Positions 36,890 to 46,033 of a stretch of 64,000 nucleotides of DNA are shown here, piece after piece; the stretch's first letter is position 1, and every line of letters begins with the position of its first letter. The stretch spans positions 64,001 to 128,000 of the IMG/VR virus record IMGVR_UViG_3300032285_004073, one strand, 5' to 3'. Position numbers and translations under genes: made by a program. The notes beneath the pieces are model-generated. The model saw only the letters and a program-made list of their open reading frames with translations, did no database searches and was not told where the DNA came from. Origin of the DNA: a virus.

Positions 36890-38755
36890 TTAAGTTTCTG
36901 GTGGTGTTTCTGGAGTATTAGGGGCTGGAGTTGCTTCTGGTGTACCTTCACCTGTCTCTGGAGTTTCTGGTGTCTCTGGAGTTTCTGGTGTTTCAGGTGT
37001 TGTTTGGCCAAATTCCGGAATTTCTGAAGATGTTGAGCCACCTCCTCCTTCACCGCCTTCACCACCACTATTTTCCACATTAGCAGCGGTAGCTTCTGCA
37101 GCTTCTAAATGTTCTCTCCAATTAGGACCATTAGATTCAATTTGACTTAATTCCCAATTAAGAGCCGCATCTTTGCGCAACCATTCCATGTTTTCTGAAA
37201 TTTTAGCATCAGAATAATCGAGATAATGACGCTGTGCAAACGTATTAGAAATGCTTTCATTATTACTCAAATCACTAAAATTCTTTTGTTTTAATTCAAA
37301 AAGTTGTTGTTGACGTATAGCAAAGAAATTAGAAGGAGGATTGAAATCTAAATTAATATAAGACTCATGCAACCTTAATTCTTTCCACCAACCTCTTAAT
37401 TTTAAATGTGATACGAAAGCATTCTTTAATCCTTGTGCAAATTGATATTGCAAAGAAATAATAAATTTAGCAAAACGTAATTCTTCTCTAAGAATTTCCG
37501 ATCCGTCCTTAAACGGTTCATTGGGATTAAGTCTTGTAAGAGGTACTTTAAGACTCTTGTATAATTTATTAACAAAATACATTAAATCATCCAATTGACC
37601 TAAATTTTGACCTCCTTGCATTACCTCAACATCAGAACCCACTTCTCCGTTTCTTCTTGCAAACCAATAACCATCCAACATAGATTGTGGATTATATATA
37701 TTACCTGTTTTACTCGATGAAGAAGTGTCTTCATAAGTTTGTTTAGACCAAAATTGTTGCATAAGCTGTTTGAGATAAGCTTCTGCTTTTGCTGGAGGCA
37801 TATTACCCACATCAATTTTAAATTTAAGACGCTCCGGAGCTCTAACTAATCTATAGATAATAATAGAATCTTCCAATAATGATAATTGTTTGTATGCTCT
37901 ACGACAATTCTCTAAAAAGGGAATACGAATAGACATATCTTCATTCCACATACCAGAATTAATATAGGTAACCTGATTCCCTTGCAGAGTTAATATTTGC
38001 ATATGCAACGAATTAGTTTGACTAACGTTGCTTTGTTGTTGTGAAAGAGCTCCAGCAGGATTATTCAAGAGACTTGTAGGCTTCTGAAAAATAAAATTTT
38101 CTATAACATTATTTTGTACATTATCATAAACTGGATTAATAAGTTCTCCTGGAATGTTAAGAACACCTATAATACCATAATCCTTCTTTTCATTATGAGT
38201 TATATTTTCAAAAAATACTTCACCTTCTGTTAATAATTGTCTGCAATACCCTCTACCCTTATGTTCTAGATCGTAAATATTGATAAATTTAGCAAATTCT
38301 TTTCTTAATTCATTTTTTTCTTCTTGTGATAAATTTGCAAAAGTAGAAAATCTTAAATGAACAATTTCATGATTTTCATCCTTAACAATGAATTCATCAC
38401 AAATTTCATCCAAACAATCTGCCACTTCAGCAAAGGCACCCATTCGACGATATTCAGCCAGGCGTCGTGTTTTGTCAGTATCTACATTAGCATAGATATA
38501 ACGATGATAAGCTTGGTCTGAACCAAATTTACCCGGTTGATAATAATCTGCATTTAAAGCTGGGCCCGTAATAACCGACTGCTGCATTAATCTAAGATCA
38601 GTTCTTTTTGCTAAACGATCAAAAAGTTCATATTTAGGATTGCCCTGATCTGCACTAACAGCTCCTGCCACGTAAGGTAATCTTTGTAAAATTGAAGCTA
38701 CGAAATTTCTACTAGCATCTGGAACTCTATTTGCTGTTGGAAGAAGGTCTGCCAT
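36890..38755 (-). CDS. gp20: Portal protein (T4 gp20-like)
   Basis: EVADCLDEICDE, LEDSIIIYRLVRAPERLKFKIDVGNMP, DVEVMQGGQNLGQLDD, LYKSLKVP, LREELRFAKFI. Confidence 0.95.
   Translation of the reverse strand: MADLLPTANRVPDASRNFVASILQRLPYVAGAVSADQGNPKYELFDRLAKRTDLRLMQQSVITGPALNADYYQPGKFGSDQAYHRYIYANVDTDKTRRLAEYRRMGAFAEVADCLDEICDEFIVKDENHEIVHLRFSTFANLSQEEKNELRKEFAKFINIYDLEHKGRGYCRQLLTEGEVFFENITHNEKKDYGIIGVLNIPGELINPVYDNVQNNVIENFIFQKPTSLLNNPAGALSQQQSNVSQTNSLHMQILTLQGNQVTYINSGMWNEDMSIRIPFLENCRRAYKQLSLLEDSIIIYRLVRAPERLKFKIDVGNMPPAKAEAYLKQLMQQFWSKQTYEDTSSSSKTGNIYNPQSMLDGYWFARRNGEVGSDVEVMQGGQNLGQLDDLMYFVNKLYKSLKVPLTRLNPNEPFKDGSEILREELRFAKFIISLQYQFAQGLKNAFVSHLKLRGWWKELRLHESYINLDFNPPSNFFAIRQQQLFELKQKNFSDLSNNESISNTFAQRHYLDYSDAKISENMEWLRKDAALNWELSQIESNGPNWREHLEAAEATAANVENSGGEGGEGGGGSTSSEIPEFGQTTPETPETPETPETPETGEGTPEATPAPNTPETPPET
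36893..37003 (-). repeat. Pro-Glu-Thr repeats at the portal C-terminus
   Basis: TPETPETPETPETGEGTPEATPAPNTPETPPET; imperfect 9-bp repeat. Confidence 0.85.
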
Positions 38756-38856
38756 GATATTATAATTTATTTATTATAGTTTACTTACTATCAACCATCA
38801 ACTTATTATATAAAATAGTTTAAAAATACAAATTTTAACCCTAAATAAATTATATT

Positions 38857-39189
38857 ATGAGTAAATTTTTAGATTTAGTTTATGCAACCCATCCTTTATT
38901 AAAGGAAGAAGACGAAACAAATATTGATAAGGTTGATGAACCCCTCCCTACATCAAGCAAAGAAGATTCAGCACTTCCTTCACCTAAAGATAAATCCACA
39001 GAAGTTCAATTAGTAGGATTAGCTAAGACTGCTTTATTCATTGATAAATCTCATTTAGAAGAGAGTAATCCATCAGCTCGTACTATTATTAACAGAATAT
39101 CTCAAATAGATCCTATAGATATTACTAATGTAGATCAAGTACAAAAGTTATTAGAAGAATTAATAGCTCTGGTAGAAATGCCATCGTAA
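38857..39189 (+). CDS. Hypothetical protein, possible internal head protein
   Basis: Begins MSKFLDLV...LLKEE; TAAATA at 38842-38847. Confidence 0.6.
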   Translation: MSKFLDLVYATHPLLKEEDETNIDKVDEPLPTSSKEDSALPSPKDKSTEVQLVGLAKTALFIDKSHLEESNPSARTIINRISQIDPIDITNVDQVQKLLEELIALVEMPS

Positions 39190-39194
39190 TATAG

Positions 39195-39222
39195 TTGATA
39201 TTAATACCTACTACCATAAAGT
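39195..39222 (+). promoter_or_regulatory. Sigma70-like promoter TTGATA-N16-TAAAGT
   Basis: 5 nt upstream of ATG 39228. Confidence 0.6.
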
Positions 39223-39227
39223 AGGGT

Positions 39228-39503
39228 ATGACCGAAAAGGTTTATAATCTTAATAATTTAACTCAAAACCAAATTAAATTAATTCTTGAAGCTTTGCTTT
39301 ATGCTGGTTCTGTCGACATTAACAGTGCCTGGTATAAAGAAGAAATAGAAAATATGGTTGATTTGGCTATTGATATTAGAAAAATTTCTTCTAATATTCC
39401 TTTAGAAAGTATATACGCCTTTGAAGAAGAATATTTTGATTCAACTACTAAAAAAATTGTTGAATTCTTTCCAGAGATTTTATATAATAAACCAAATTTA
39501 TGA
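39228..39503 (+). CDS. Hypothetical protein
   Basis: 91-aa ORF, ATGA-coupled to the next gene. Confidence 0.65.
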   Translation: MTEKVYNLNNLTQNQIKLILEALLYAGSVDINSAWYKEEIENMVDLAIDIRKISSNIPLESIYAFEEEYFDSTTKKIVEFFPEILYNKPNL

Positions 39504-40132
39504 AAATAGCTGTTTCAGGTGCTCAAAATACTGGTAAGTCAACTTATATTAAAGACTTTTTAAAAAAATGGACCATGTATGAAACTCCTAAAGAATCCTA
39601 CAGAGATCTTCTTAAGGAAAAAAATTTACCTCATAGTACAGAAGGCAATGAAGAATCTCAAAGAATTATATTAGATTTTCTTATTGATCAGTGTCAAAAA
39701 TATTCTAAAGAAGATAATGTAATTTTTGATAGATGTGTATTAGATAATTTAGCATATTCATCTTGGTTAAATCTTAATGGAAAGGTTTCTGATAAATTTC
39801 TAGATGAATCTAGAATTATTGTAAGAGAAACATTAAGCATGTTTGATATTGTTTTCTTTGTACCTTTAACTAAAGTAGCCCCTATTGATATAGAAGAAGA
39901 TGGATTAAGAAACACAGACCCTGTGTTTAGAGAAGAAATTGATAATATCTTTAAAGTATTTGAACAATCTTACCATCAAGGTGATGGGAGAGTGTTTCCT
40001 AAAAATGACAGTCCTCCTATTATAGAAATTTATGGTAATCCAGAACAAAGAATAATGCTTACAAGTCTTTATATCAATGAAGACGGTAAACAATACGGTG
40101 AAGAAGAAACTTTAATTAAGCCCGCCTTCTAG
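39500..40132 (+). CDS. P-loop nucleotide kinase-like protein (AAA_28/dNMP kinase-like)
   Basis: VSGAQNTGKST, IFDRCVLDNLAY, DGLRNTD. Confidence 0.78.
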   Translation: MKIAVSGAQNTGKSTYIKDFLKKWTMYETPKESYRDLLKEKNLPHSTEGNEESQRIILDFLIDQCQKYSKEDNVIFDRCVLDNLAYSSWLNLNGKVSDKFLDESRIIVRETLSMFDIVFFVPLTKVAPIDIEEDGLRNTDPVFREEIDNIFKVFEQSYHQGDGRVFPKNDSPPIIEIYGNPEQRIMLTSLYINEDGKQYGEEETLIKPAF

Positions 40133-40145
40133 GTAAGTAAAAGAA

Positions 40146-40970
40146 ATGTCTAAATTTAATCTTCTTGTAGAAAATATCTTAACCGATCTTAATGAGGGTC
40201 GTATCCCTAAATCTGCTCAATATTCTAATATTGAAATAGATGCATCTTCATTTGCTTCTAAATTAGAAGCAGGAGACATGAATGAATTTATTGAAGCATG
40301 GTCTTCCAAAAAATGGCTTGGCGGATTGTCTCAAGAAAGAATTAAAGACATTCTTAAAAATATAGCAGACGATTTAACAGAATATCCCCCACGTTCATTT
40401 ACAGAACTTTGGTCTCAAATTGAAACTAAAGTCAGAGATGCTATTCCTACACGCAAAGATCTTGTAGAAAAAATTACAAGACAGATTTCCAATCTATTAA
40501 CTAATCCAGCATTTGGATTGACAAAAACAGTAGAAGCTCCAGCTGCAACAGAACATGAAGGTGAAAAGGAAGAAACTTCAAAGACAGTAACAGATGAAAG
40601 TGAACTTTCAGAAGTTGCAGAAAAAACTTTGGAATATATTCGCCAAGCAGAGGAACCTTCGGAGGAAAGTGATGTTGTAAAATATATTACAAGTTCTTTC
40701 GGAAAAGAAGAAAATGAAGCAAATGATGTTATTAAAGAATTAATTGCTAAGAAATTAGTAGAAAAACAAGGTAATACATTGGTTGCCAAAGAAGAAGAAG
40801 GCGGAGCTATCTTGGATACAGACGAGGAACCAGAAGAAACAGGTGACCCAGTACATGATGCCGAATTACGCAGATCCAGAGCATTAGAATATGATCCAGA
40901 TGTAGAAGCTGCTTATAGAGAGTATCTCTCTACGGATTATTCTTCCGATAATTATAACTACAACGATTGA
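40146..40970 (+). CDS. Acidic hypothetical protein with a winged-helix-like segment, possible internal head protein
   Basis: Begins MSKFNLLVENIL; EANDVIKELIAKKLVEKQGNTLV; TAAGTA 6 nt upstream. Confidence 0.55.
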   Translation: MSKFNLLVENILTDLNEGRIPKSAQYSNIEIDASSFASKLEAGDMNEFIEAWSSKKWLGGLSQERIKDILKNIADDLTEYPPRSFTELWSQIETKVRDAIPTRKDLVEKITRQISNLLTNPAFGLTKTVEAPAATEHEGEKEETSKTVTDESELSEVAEKTLEYIRQAEEPSEESDVVKYITSSFGKEENEANDVIKELIAKKLVEKQGNTLVAKEEEGGAILDTDEEPEETGDPVHDAELRRSRALEYDPDVEAAYREYLSTDYSSDNYNYND

Positions 40971-40995
40971 TATTCCGTTTAATTTATAATATAAT
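40967..40995 (+). promoter_or_regulatory. Sigma70-like promoter TTGATA-N17-TATAAT
   Basis: 6 nt upstream of the primase GTG at 41002. Confidence 0.65.
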
Positions 40996-41001
40996 ATACA
41001 G

Positions 41002-41964
41002 GTGAGACAATTACCTGGTAGTTATATTTTAAATAAATTTTACACCTATTCAGGTGCGCCTGTGCATAACAAATATACAGGCATATATAATGCTTCGTGT
41101 CCAGTTTGTAGAGAAGGCAAAAGTTTTTTAAAAAAGAAAAGACTATACTATTATCCTACTACTAATACATTTTATTGTTTTCATTGTAGCAAATCTTGGA
41201 ATGCATTTAATTGGATAGAAGCTGTAAGTGGTATGTCTCGAGAGGAGATAGAAGCAGAAGTCTTATCAGGCAATACTTCTTTAGATATAACAGATGATAT
41301 TAAAAATATTAAGACAAAGAAAAGAGAATTACCTTCTTTGCCTTTAGATTCTATTAATCTTTGTGACCCCTTACAAAAACAATATTACGGAACTAATGTT
41401 TATTTTCAAAAAGCACTAGAATATATTACAGAAAGAAAATTAAACACAGCAATTAATCGTAGTTCTTCTTATTTTATAAGTCTTACAGATTATTTTCATA
41501 AAAATAGACTTTGTATACCTTATTATAATAGAGATAAAAAAATTGTATTTTATCAAACAAGATCTTTAGATGGTTCAGAACCTAGATACCTTAACAAAGT
41601 AGGATATGATAAAACTATTTTTGGAATAGACAGGGTAGATACTTCTTTAGATTATTTATTTTTATTCGAAGGTCCTATGGATGCCATGTTTGTAACTAAC
41701 GGAGTATCTGTAGCCGGTCTTGTATTAACCAATGAGCAAGAAAAACAATTAATAGAGTTTCCCTTTCATGAAAAAATCTGGGTTTTGGATAATCCTAGAT
41801 TTGATGAAGCTGCCAAAGATAATATTTATAAATTAGTATCTAACAAACAAAAAGTCTTTAAATGGCCTGCTAATAAACCATATAAAGACTTTAATGAATG
41901 GTGTGTTAAAGAAAATGTAAATTCAATAGATTACAATTTTATTTTAAAAAATTTGTATTCTTAA
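41002..41964 (+). CDS. gp61: DNA primase (T4 gp61-like)
   Basis: Zn ribbon CPVC...CFHC, RLCIPY, FEGPMDAMF TOPRIM, YKDFNE. Confidence 0.92.
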   Translation: MRQLPGSYILNKFYTYSGAPVHNKYTGIYNASCPVCREGKSFLKKKRLYYYPTTNTFYCFHCSKSWNAFNWIEAVSGMSREEIEAEVLSGNTSLDITDDIKNIKTKKRELPSLPLDSINLCDPLQKQYYGTNVYFQKALEYITERKLNTAINRSSSYFISLTDYFHKNRLCIPYYNRDKKIVFYQTRSLDGSEPRYLNKVGYDKTIFGIDRVDTSLDYLFLFEGPMDAMFVTNGVSVAGLVLTNEQEKQLIEFPFHEKIWVLDNPRFDEAAKDNIYKLVSNKQKVFKWPANKPYKDFNEWCVKENVNSIDYNFILKNLYS

Positions 41965-42605
41965 GAAGTGACAGATTGTTCTTGATCTCTTAACTTTTTA
42001 GGAGCTGTAATAATAAATGAATTTAATACTTCTTTTAATTTATCCAATTCACCTGTGGTACGAGTAATATTGTCAGAAGATTTACGCATGATACCACGAA
42101 GTAAACTTCCAGCCTTATCATTATCTGATAAAAATTTGTGTAAAGAATCTATTTTAGGATCATTTAATCTAGCAGTAAATTCATCTAATATATTTGACCA
42201 CTTTTCAATTTCTTCAATATTTTTGCTTATAACTTCTGCCGGAATACCTTCAATTTCATATGCATCTTTTGGTGTTTCTGGTTCTAATGATTTTTCAAAA
42301 GCTTCTTTGTCAGATTCTGGAGTAAACTCTTCTGGAGTTTTTTCATCCGGTTCAGATTCTGGTGTAATTTCTTTTTCTTCTGCTTCGCCGATTAAATAAG
42401 ATAAAAATCTGCCAGCAAATGGAATTTCATAATTTTCCTCATGACAACAATTGCAATCTCCTATACATTTGCACATGGGTTTGTAATTTGAATCTAGTAT
42501 TCTTTTTACATCCTTTTCCACCTTTGAATTCTTAGCTGGTATAACATTTTTTACAGAATATTTTTTCTGTGCTTTAGGTTTAAATTTGACTTTCTTGTTG
42601 TTCAT
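41961..42605 (-). CDS. Hypothetical late protein with Cys cluster and TPE repeats
   Basis: CKCIGDCNCCH; TPESEPDEKTPEEFTPES; TAAATA upstream on the minus strand. Confidence 0.6.
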   Translation of the reverse strand: MNNKKVKFKPKAQKKYSVKNVIPAKNSKVEKDVKRILDSNYKPMCKCIGDCNCCHEENYEIPFAGRFLSYLIGEAEEKEITPESEPDEKTPEEFTPESDKEAFEKSLEPETPKDAYEIEGIPAEVISKNIEEIEKWSNILDEFTARLNDPKIDSLHKFLSDNDKAGSLLRGIMRKSSDNITRTTGELDKLKEVLNSFIITAPKKLRDQEQSVTS

Positions 42606-42626
42606 CGTTAGAATATATACTATATT
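42598..42626 (+). promoter_or_regulatory. Sigma70-like promoter TTGTTC-N17-TATATT
   Basis: 6 nt upstream of the queC ATG at 42633. Confidence 0.45.
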
Positions 42627-42632
42627 TACCTT

Positions 42633-43349
42633 ATGAGTGTCAAAAAACCAAAAGCAATTGTAATTTATAGTGGTGGTTTAGATTCTACGTGTCTTTTATA
42701 TAAAATTCACAAAGATAGAGAAGTTATAGCATTAATCTTTAATTATGGACAAAGGCATTCCATTGAAATAGACAATGCAATTAATAACTGTAAGAAATTA
42801 GAAATACCATATAAGGTATTAGACATTTCTTTCTTTAAAGATATAGCATCTTCCTCTGCTTTATTGGATTATAATAAAGAAATTCCCAATATCAGGGATA
42901 TAGCAGGTCATGCCCAACCTCCGACCTATGTCCCTAATAGGAACATGATGTTTTTATCAATTGCCACAGCAGCTGCAGAGTCAGCAGGGGCAGATAAAGT
43001 TTATTATGGAGCAGCTGAGGTAGACACCCATAGTGGTCATTGGGATTGTTCTTTAGATTTTTTAAAATATATTAATGAAACTATTTCTCTTAATAGAGAA
43101 CATCAAATCAAAATAGAAGCACCTTATATAACATATTCTAAGGCAGATATTATTAAAGATGGTATTAGTAATAATGTAGATTTTAATAACACCCATACCT
43201 GTTATAAGGGTGAAGAAATTGCATGTGGCACTTGTACAGCATGTTCTTCTCGTATTCAAGGTTTTCTTGAGGCTGGATATATTGATCCTAAACAATATGT
43301 AATATCAGATAAAATACCATGGAAAGATCACAACTGCCAAATCGTATAA
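42633..43349 (+). CDS. queC: 7-cyano-7-deazaguanine synthase QueC
   Basis: YSGGLDST PP-loop, YGQRH, YVPNRNMMF, Zn site HTCY...CGTCTAC..R. Confidence 0.95.
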   Translation: MSVKKPKAIVIYSGGLDSTCLLYKIHKDREVIALIFNYGQRHSIEIDNAINNCKKLEIPYKVLDISFFKDIASSSALLDYNKEIPNIRDIAGHAQPPTYVPNRNMMFLSIATAAAESAGADKVYYGAAEVDTHSGHWDCSLDFLKYINETISLNREHQIKIEAPYITYSKADIIKDGISNNVDFNNTHTCYKGEEIACGTCTACSSRIQGFLEAGYIDPKQYVISDKIPWKDHNCQIV

Positions 43350-44008
43350 AAACACAGCATATTGTTTGTGCTACACCTCTTTCTCTAGAAGATTTTTATG
43401 AGAAAAGCCAATTGGGTTTATTTATAGACAAATATAATTTCCAAAAACAAAGCACAATAGTAGCTAACAACAAAGAAGGATTGCCTAAAGTTTACAATTC
43501 TTTTATAACTGAAGAAAACAGAGACAAAAATATTATATTTGTTCATGATGATGTTCTTATAGAAGATCTTTTCTTTGCCGAGAAATTAGAAATTGCTTTT
43601 GAGAAATATGATATTATAGGATTAGCTGGTTCTAAGGTTTGTGATTTAGATAGCATTAACCCGGCTTGGCATCAAATGTGTGAAAAGAAAGACATGGTCG
43701 GAGAAGTAGCACATGCTCATAATAAAAAAGTATGGACTTCTGTATTTGGACCTACAGATTCTAGAGCCCTTATTCTTGATGGATTGTTTATAGGTGTCAA
43801 TGTTGCTCGCTTATTAAAAACACAAACATTTTTTGATGAGGATTTTGATTTTCACCATTATGATATTTCTTTTTGTTTAAAAGCCAATGCTAATAAATTA
43901 AAAATGGGTGTAGCTCCGATCAGGGTTATTCATTTTGGATTAGGTGATAGTATGAATACAAAAGAATGGAGAGAGAGTGCAGCTCGTTTTAAATTAAAGT
44001 ATAATTGA
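43319..44008 (+). CDS. GT2-like glycosyltransferase (Glyco_tranf_2_5-like)
   Basis: IFVHDDV, IIGLAG, LDGLFIGVN, FDEDFDFHHYDISFC. Confidence 0.8.
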   Translation: MERSQLPNRIKTQHIVCATPLSLEDFYEKSQLGLFIDKYNFQKQSTIVANNKEGLPKVYNSFITEENRDKNIIFVHDDVLIEDLFFAEKLEIAFEKYDIIGLAGSKVCDLDSINPAWHQMCEKKDMVGEVAHAHNKKVWTSVFGPTDSRALILDGLFIGVNVARLLKTQTFFDEDFDFHHYDISFCLKANANKLKMGVAPIRVIHFGLGDSMNTKEWRESAARFKLKYN

Positions 44009-44011
44009 TTT

Positions 44012-44665
44012 ATGTGCGGAATATACGGAAATATAAATCATGCTGAATTTTATAGACTTTACAAATTAAATAAATCTCGTGGCAGTTATAGTACTGGGTT
44101 TCTTTTTATTGATAATAAAGAATATGAAGTGAAGAAAACCAATGAAGATGTTTCTTATTATCCTATAGCTTTAAAAAAATATTATTTAGGACATAACAGA
44201 GCCCCTACTACAGATGAAAATGGCAAAGGATTGACTGGTTGTCACCCTTTTATCTATGGTAAAGCTATAGCAGCTCATAATGGTATTATTTCCAATACAG
44301 ATATTTTAGAAAATGAATATAAAATTAAATTTGATGTAGATAGTCAATGGATACCTTTTCTTTATGATTATTTTAAAAGGAATAATAATCAATCAGAAAA
44401 TGCATTCCGTCTCGCTTTATTGGAATTAGAAGGAACATATGGAATTTGGCTTTATGATATAGATGAAGAAATTGTATTTGTATCAAGAAGTGATAATACA
44501 GTTTACTGGGATGATGAAAAAATATCCTTTACATCCATTAGAGATGATATGCATAAAAATTTAATGCCGCAGGGCGCTATTTACAAAAAAGAAAATAATG
44601 AACCGTTTAAAGATATAAACGAAAACAATAGGTTGAATATTAAACAGAAGTATTTTATTATATAA
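44012..44665 (+). CDS. Stand-alone class II (Ntn) glutamine amidotransferase
   Basis: N-terminal MCGI, GHNRAPT, HPF, HNGII, DSQ; no SIS or synthetase domain. Confidence 0.88.
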   Translation: MCGIYGNINHAEFYRLYKLNKSRGSYSTGFLFIDNKEYEVKKTNEDVSYYPIALKKYYLGHNRAPTTDENGKGLTGCHPFIYGKAIAAHNGIISNTDILENEYKIKFDVDSQWIPFLYDYFKRNNNQSENAFRLALLELEGTYGIWLYDIDEEIVFVSRSDNTVYWDDEKISFTSIRDDMHKNLMPQGAIYKKENNEPFKDINENNRLNIKQKYFII

Positions 44666-44668
44666 GTT

Positions 44669-45238
44669 ATGAGTTATTTTAAACAAGATTACAATGGTGA
44701 TTTAATCCACAAGAGATTTGGATACGAGCATTTTAAAAAAGATTATAATCCCTTAGGAGTTATTATTGCCTTTAGAGGCAATATGGATGTTACAACCAAT
44801 CTCATTGATTTAGAAGATAAAATTAATAATGATTTTATTTATTCAGATGATGCTTTAAACTTTTGCTGGGAAATCCCTAATATTTGTCCTATCGGTGCAG
44901 TTTTCTTTCAGAGACTTTTTGCTCGTTATATCGGAGATGAATTAGCTAGCGGTCGTTATGGAAAATTAAATGTTAAGGTAGATGGAGATGATATAATGAT
45001 CATTAGACCAGGCGACGCAAAGTACGGCAAAGCTAGTGTTAGTATTACTATGGTTACTAATAATGCAGCAGTAGGACATCTTGGTTTAAATATTAAAGCA
45101 GGACCTAAGGCTCCTACCTTTGCATTTTCACTCTTATTAGATGATGCAGATACTGCTTGGCTAACCAATAGAGTTAAAGAAATATTTTATGAGACTATTA
45201 AAGATTGTTTCACCGCCACTACAAAGGTTTGTGTTTAA
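44669..45238 (+). CDS. DUF366-like protein (BPL/LplA/class II aaRS-like fold)
   Basis: Y.G..I, IIAFRG.MDV, IDLED, FQRL, GDDI, K.SVSI, HLGLNI match the recalled DUF366 pattern. Confidence 0.7.
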   Translation: MSYFKQDYNGDLIHKRFGYEHFKKDYNPLGVIIAFRGNMDVTTNLIDLEDKINNDFIYSDDALNFCWEIPNICPIGAVFFQRLFARYIGDELASGRYGKLNVKVDGDDIMIIRPGDAKYGKASVSITMVTNNAAVGHLGLNIKAGPKAPTFAFSLLLDDADTAWLTNRVKEIFYETIKDCFTATTKVCV

Positions 45239-45630
45239 TGGTTAAGAAAAATATCATAGACGGATTATTTCCATTATTGGATTGGATTCTTAAAAAGAAA
45301 GGTAAATTACCTACAGACGTTAATTTACCAGGAACATTTATTATTAATAGATGGTTATCTATGGCAGATTCTTCATCTGCTCAAATTATTAATGCAACCA
45401 CTAATAGATGGATTAATAAAACAGAATTAACTAAAGAAAATATTTTATTATATAAATTTTATTATTCAGTTTTACCCAAATCGTTTAAAAAAATTTTTTA
45501 TATTAAAAAGCCTACCAAAGAGCAACAAGCAGAAGATTTAACAGGAATAGCATCAGCCATGGAATGCTCCACCAGAGAAATAGAATGTTATAACAAAACC
45601 CTTGCAGAATTAAAGAAGAATCTTAAATAG
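45238..45630 (+). CDS. gp62: Clamp-loader small subunit (T4 gp62-like)
   Basis: FIINRWLSM, YKFYYSVLPK...YIKK; start taken as the ATG overlapping the upstream TAA (TAATG). Confidence 0.7.
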   Translation: MVKKNIIDGLFPLLDWILKKKGKLPTDVNLPGTFIINRWLSMADSSSAQIINATTNRWINKTELTKENILLYKFYYSVLPKSFKKIFYIKKPTKEQQAEDLTGIASAMECSTREIECYNKTLAELKKNLK

Positions 45631-45637
45631 ACAATAT

Positions 45638-46033
45638 ATGATAGAAAGACCACAACAAGAAGATAGAATTCATGGACTAGTACAAATAGATAATTACAAA
45701 GGTAATTCCTTAGAATTGGATGACTGGACTTTGACCAAAGTCATGGATGATATCATTATGGTGCAATATATTGATATTAGTGAGGACGGCACTGAGGTCA
45801 ATCGCAATGGTATTTGGTTGCCTATTAATGCAGTCAATCATGTTTGGAGAATAGGCAGAGTTATATTAGCAGGACCTAATTGTAAAACAGTAAAAGAAGG
45901 AGATAATATTGTATTCCCAAATGATAAAGGCATACAAGTTTCGAGTTTAAATGATTTGAAGCATATTGTTTTCTTGAATGAAGCTCGCATATTTGGAGTA
46001 TGCGAACCTAAAAAGCGTAAGAAAACTAAGTGA
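45638..46033 (+). CDS. GroES/cpn10-like co-chaperonin (T4 gp31 analogue)
   Basis: DDIIMV, NGIWLP, GRVILAGPNCKTVKEGDNIVF, FLNEARIFGV. Confidence 0.8.
   Translation: MIERPQQEDRIHGLVQIDNYKGNSLELDDWTLTKVMDDIIMVQYIDISEDGTEVNRNGIWLPINAVNHVWRIGRVILAGPNCKTVKEGDNIVFPNDKGIQVSSLNDLKHIVFLNEARIFGVCEPKKRKKTK

Noticed and set aside
32270-37003. CRISPR-like or mini-array repeats
   Set aside because: All periodic sequences are imperfect, in-frame coding repeats; there are no identical repeats with unique spacers.
36868-37080. 70-aa minus-strand ORF with QKLQRH repeats
   Set aside because: It is an alternative-frame reading of the portal's PET repeat and has no independent start signal.
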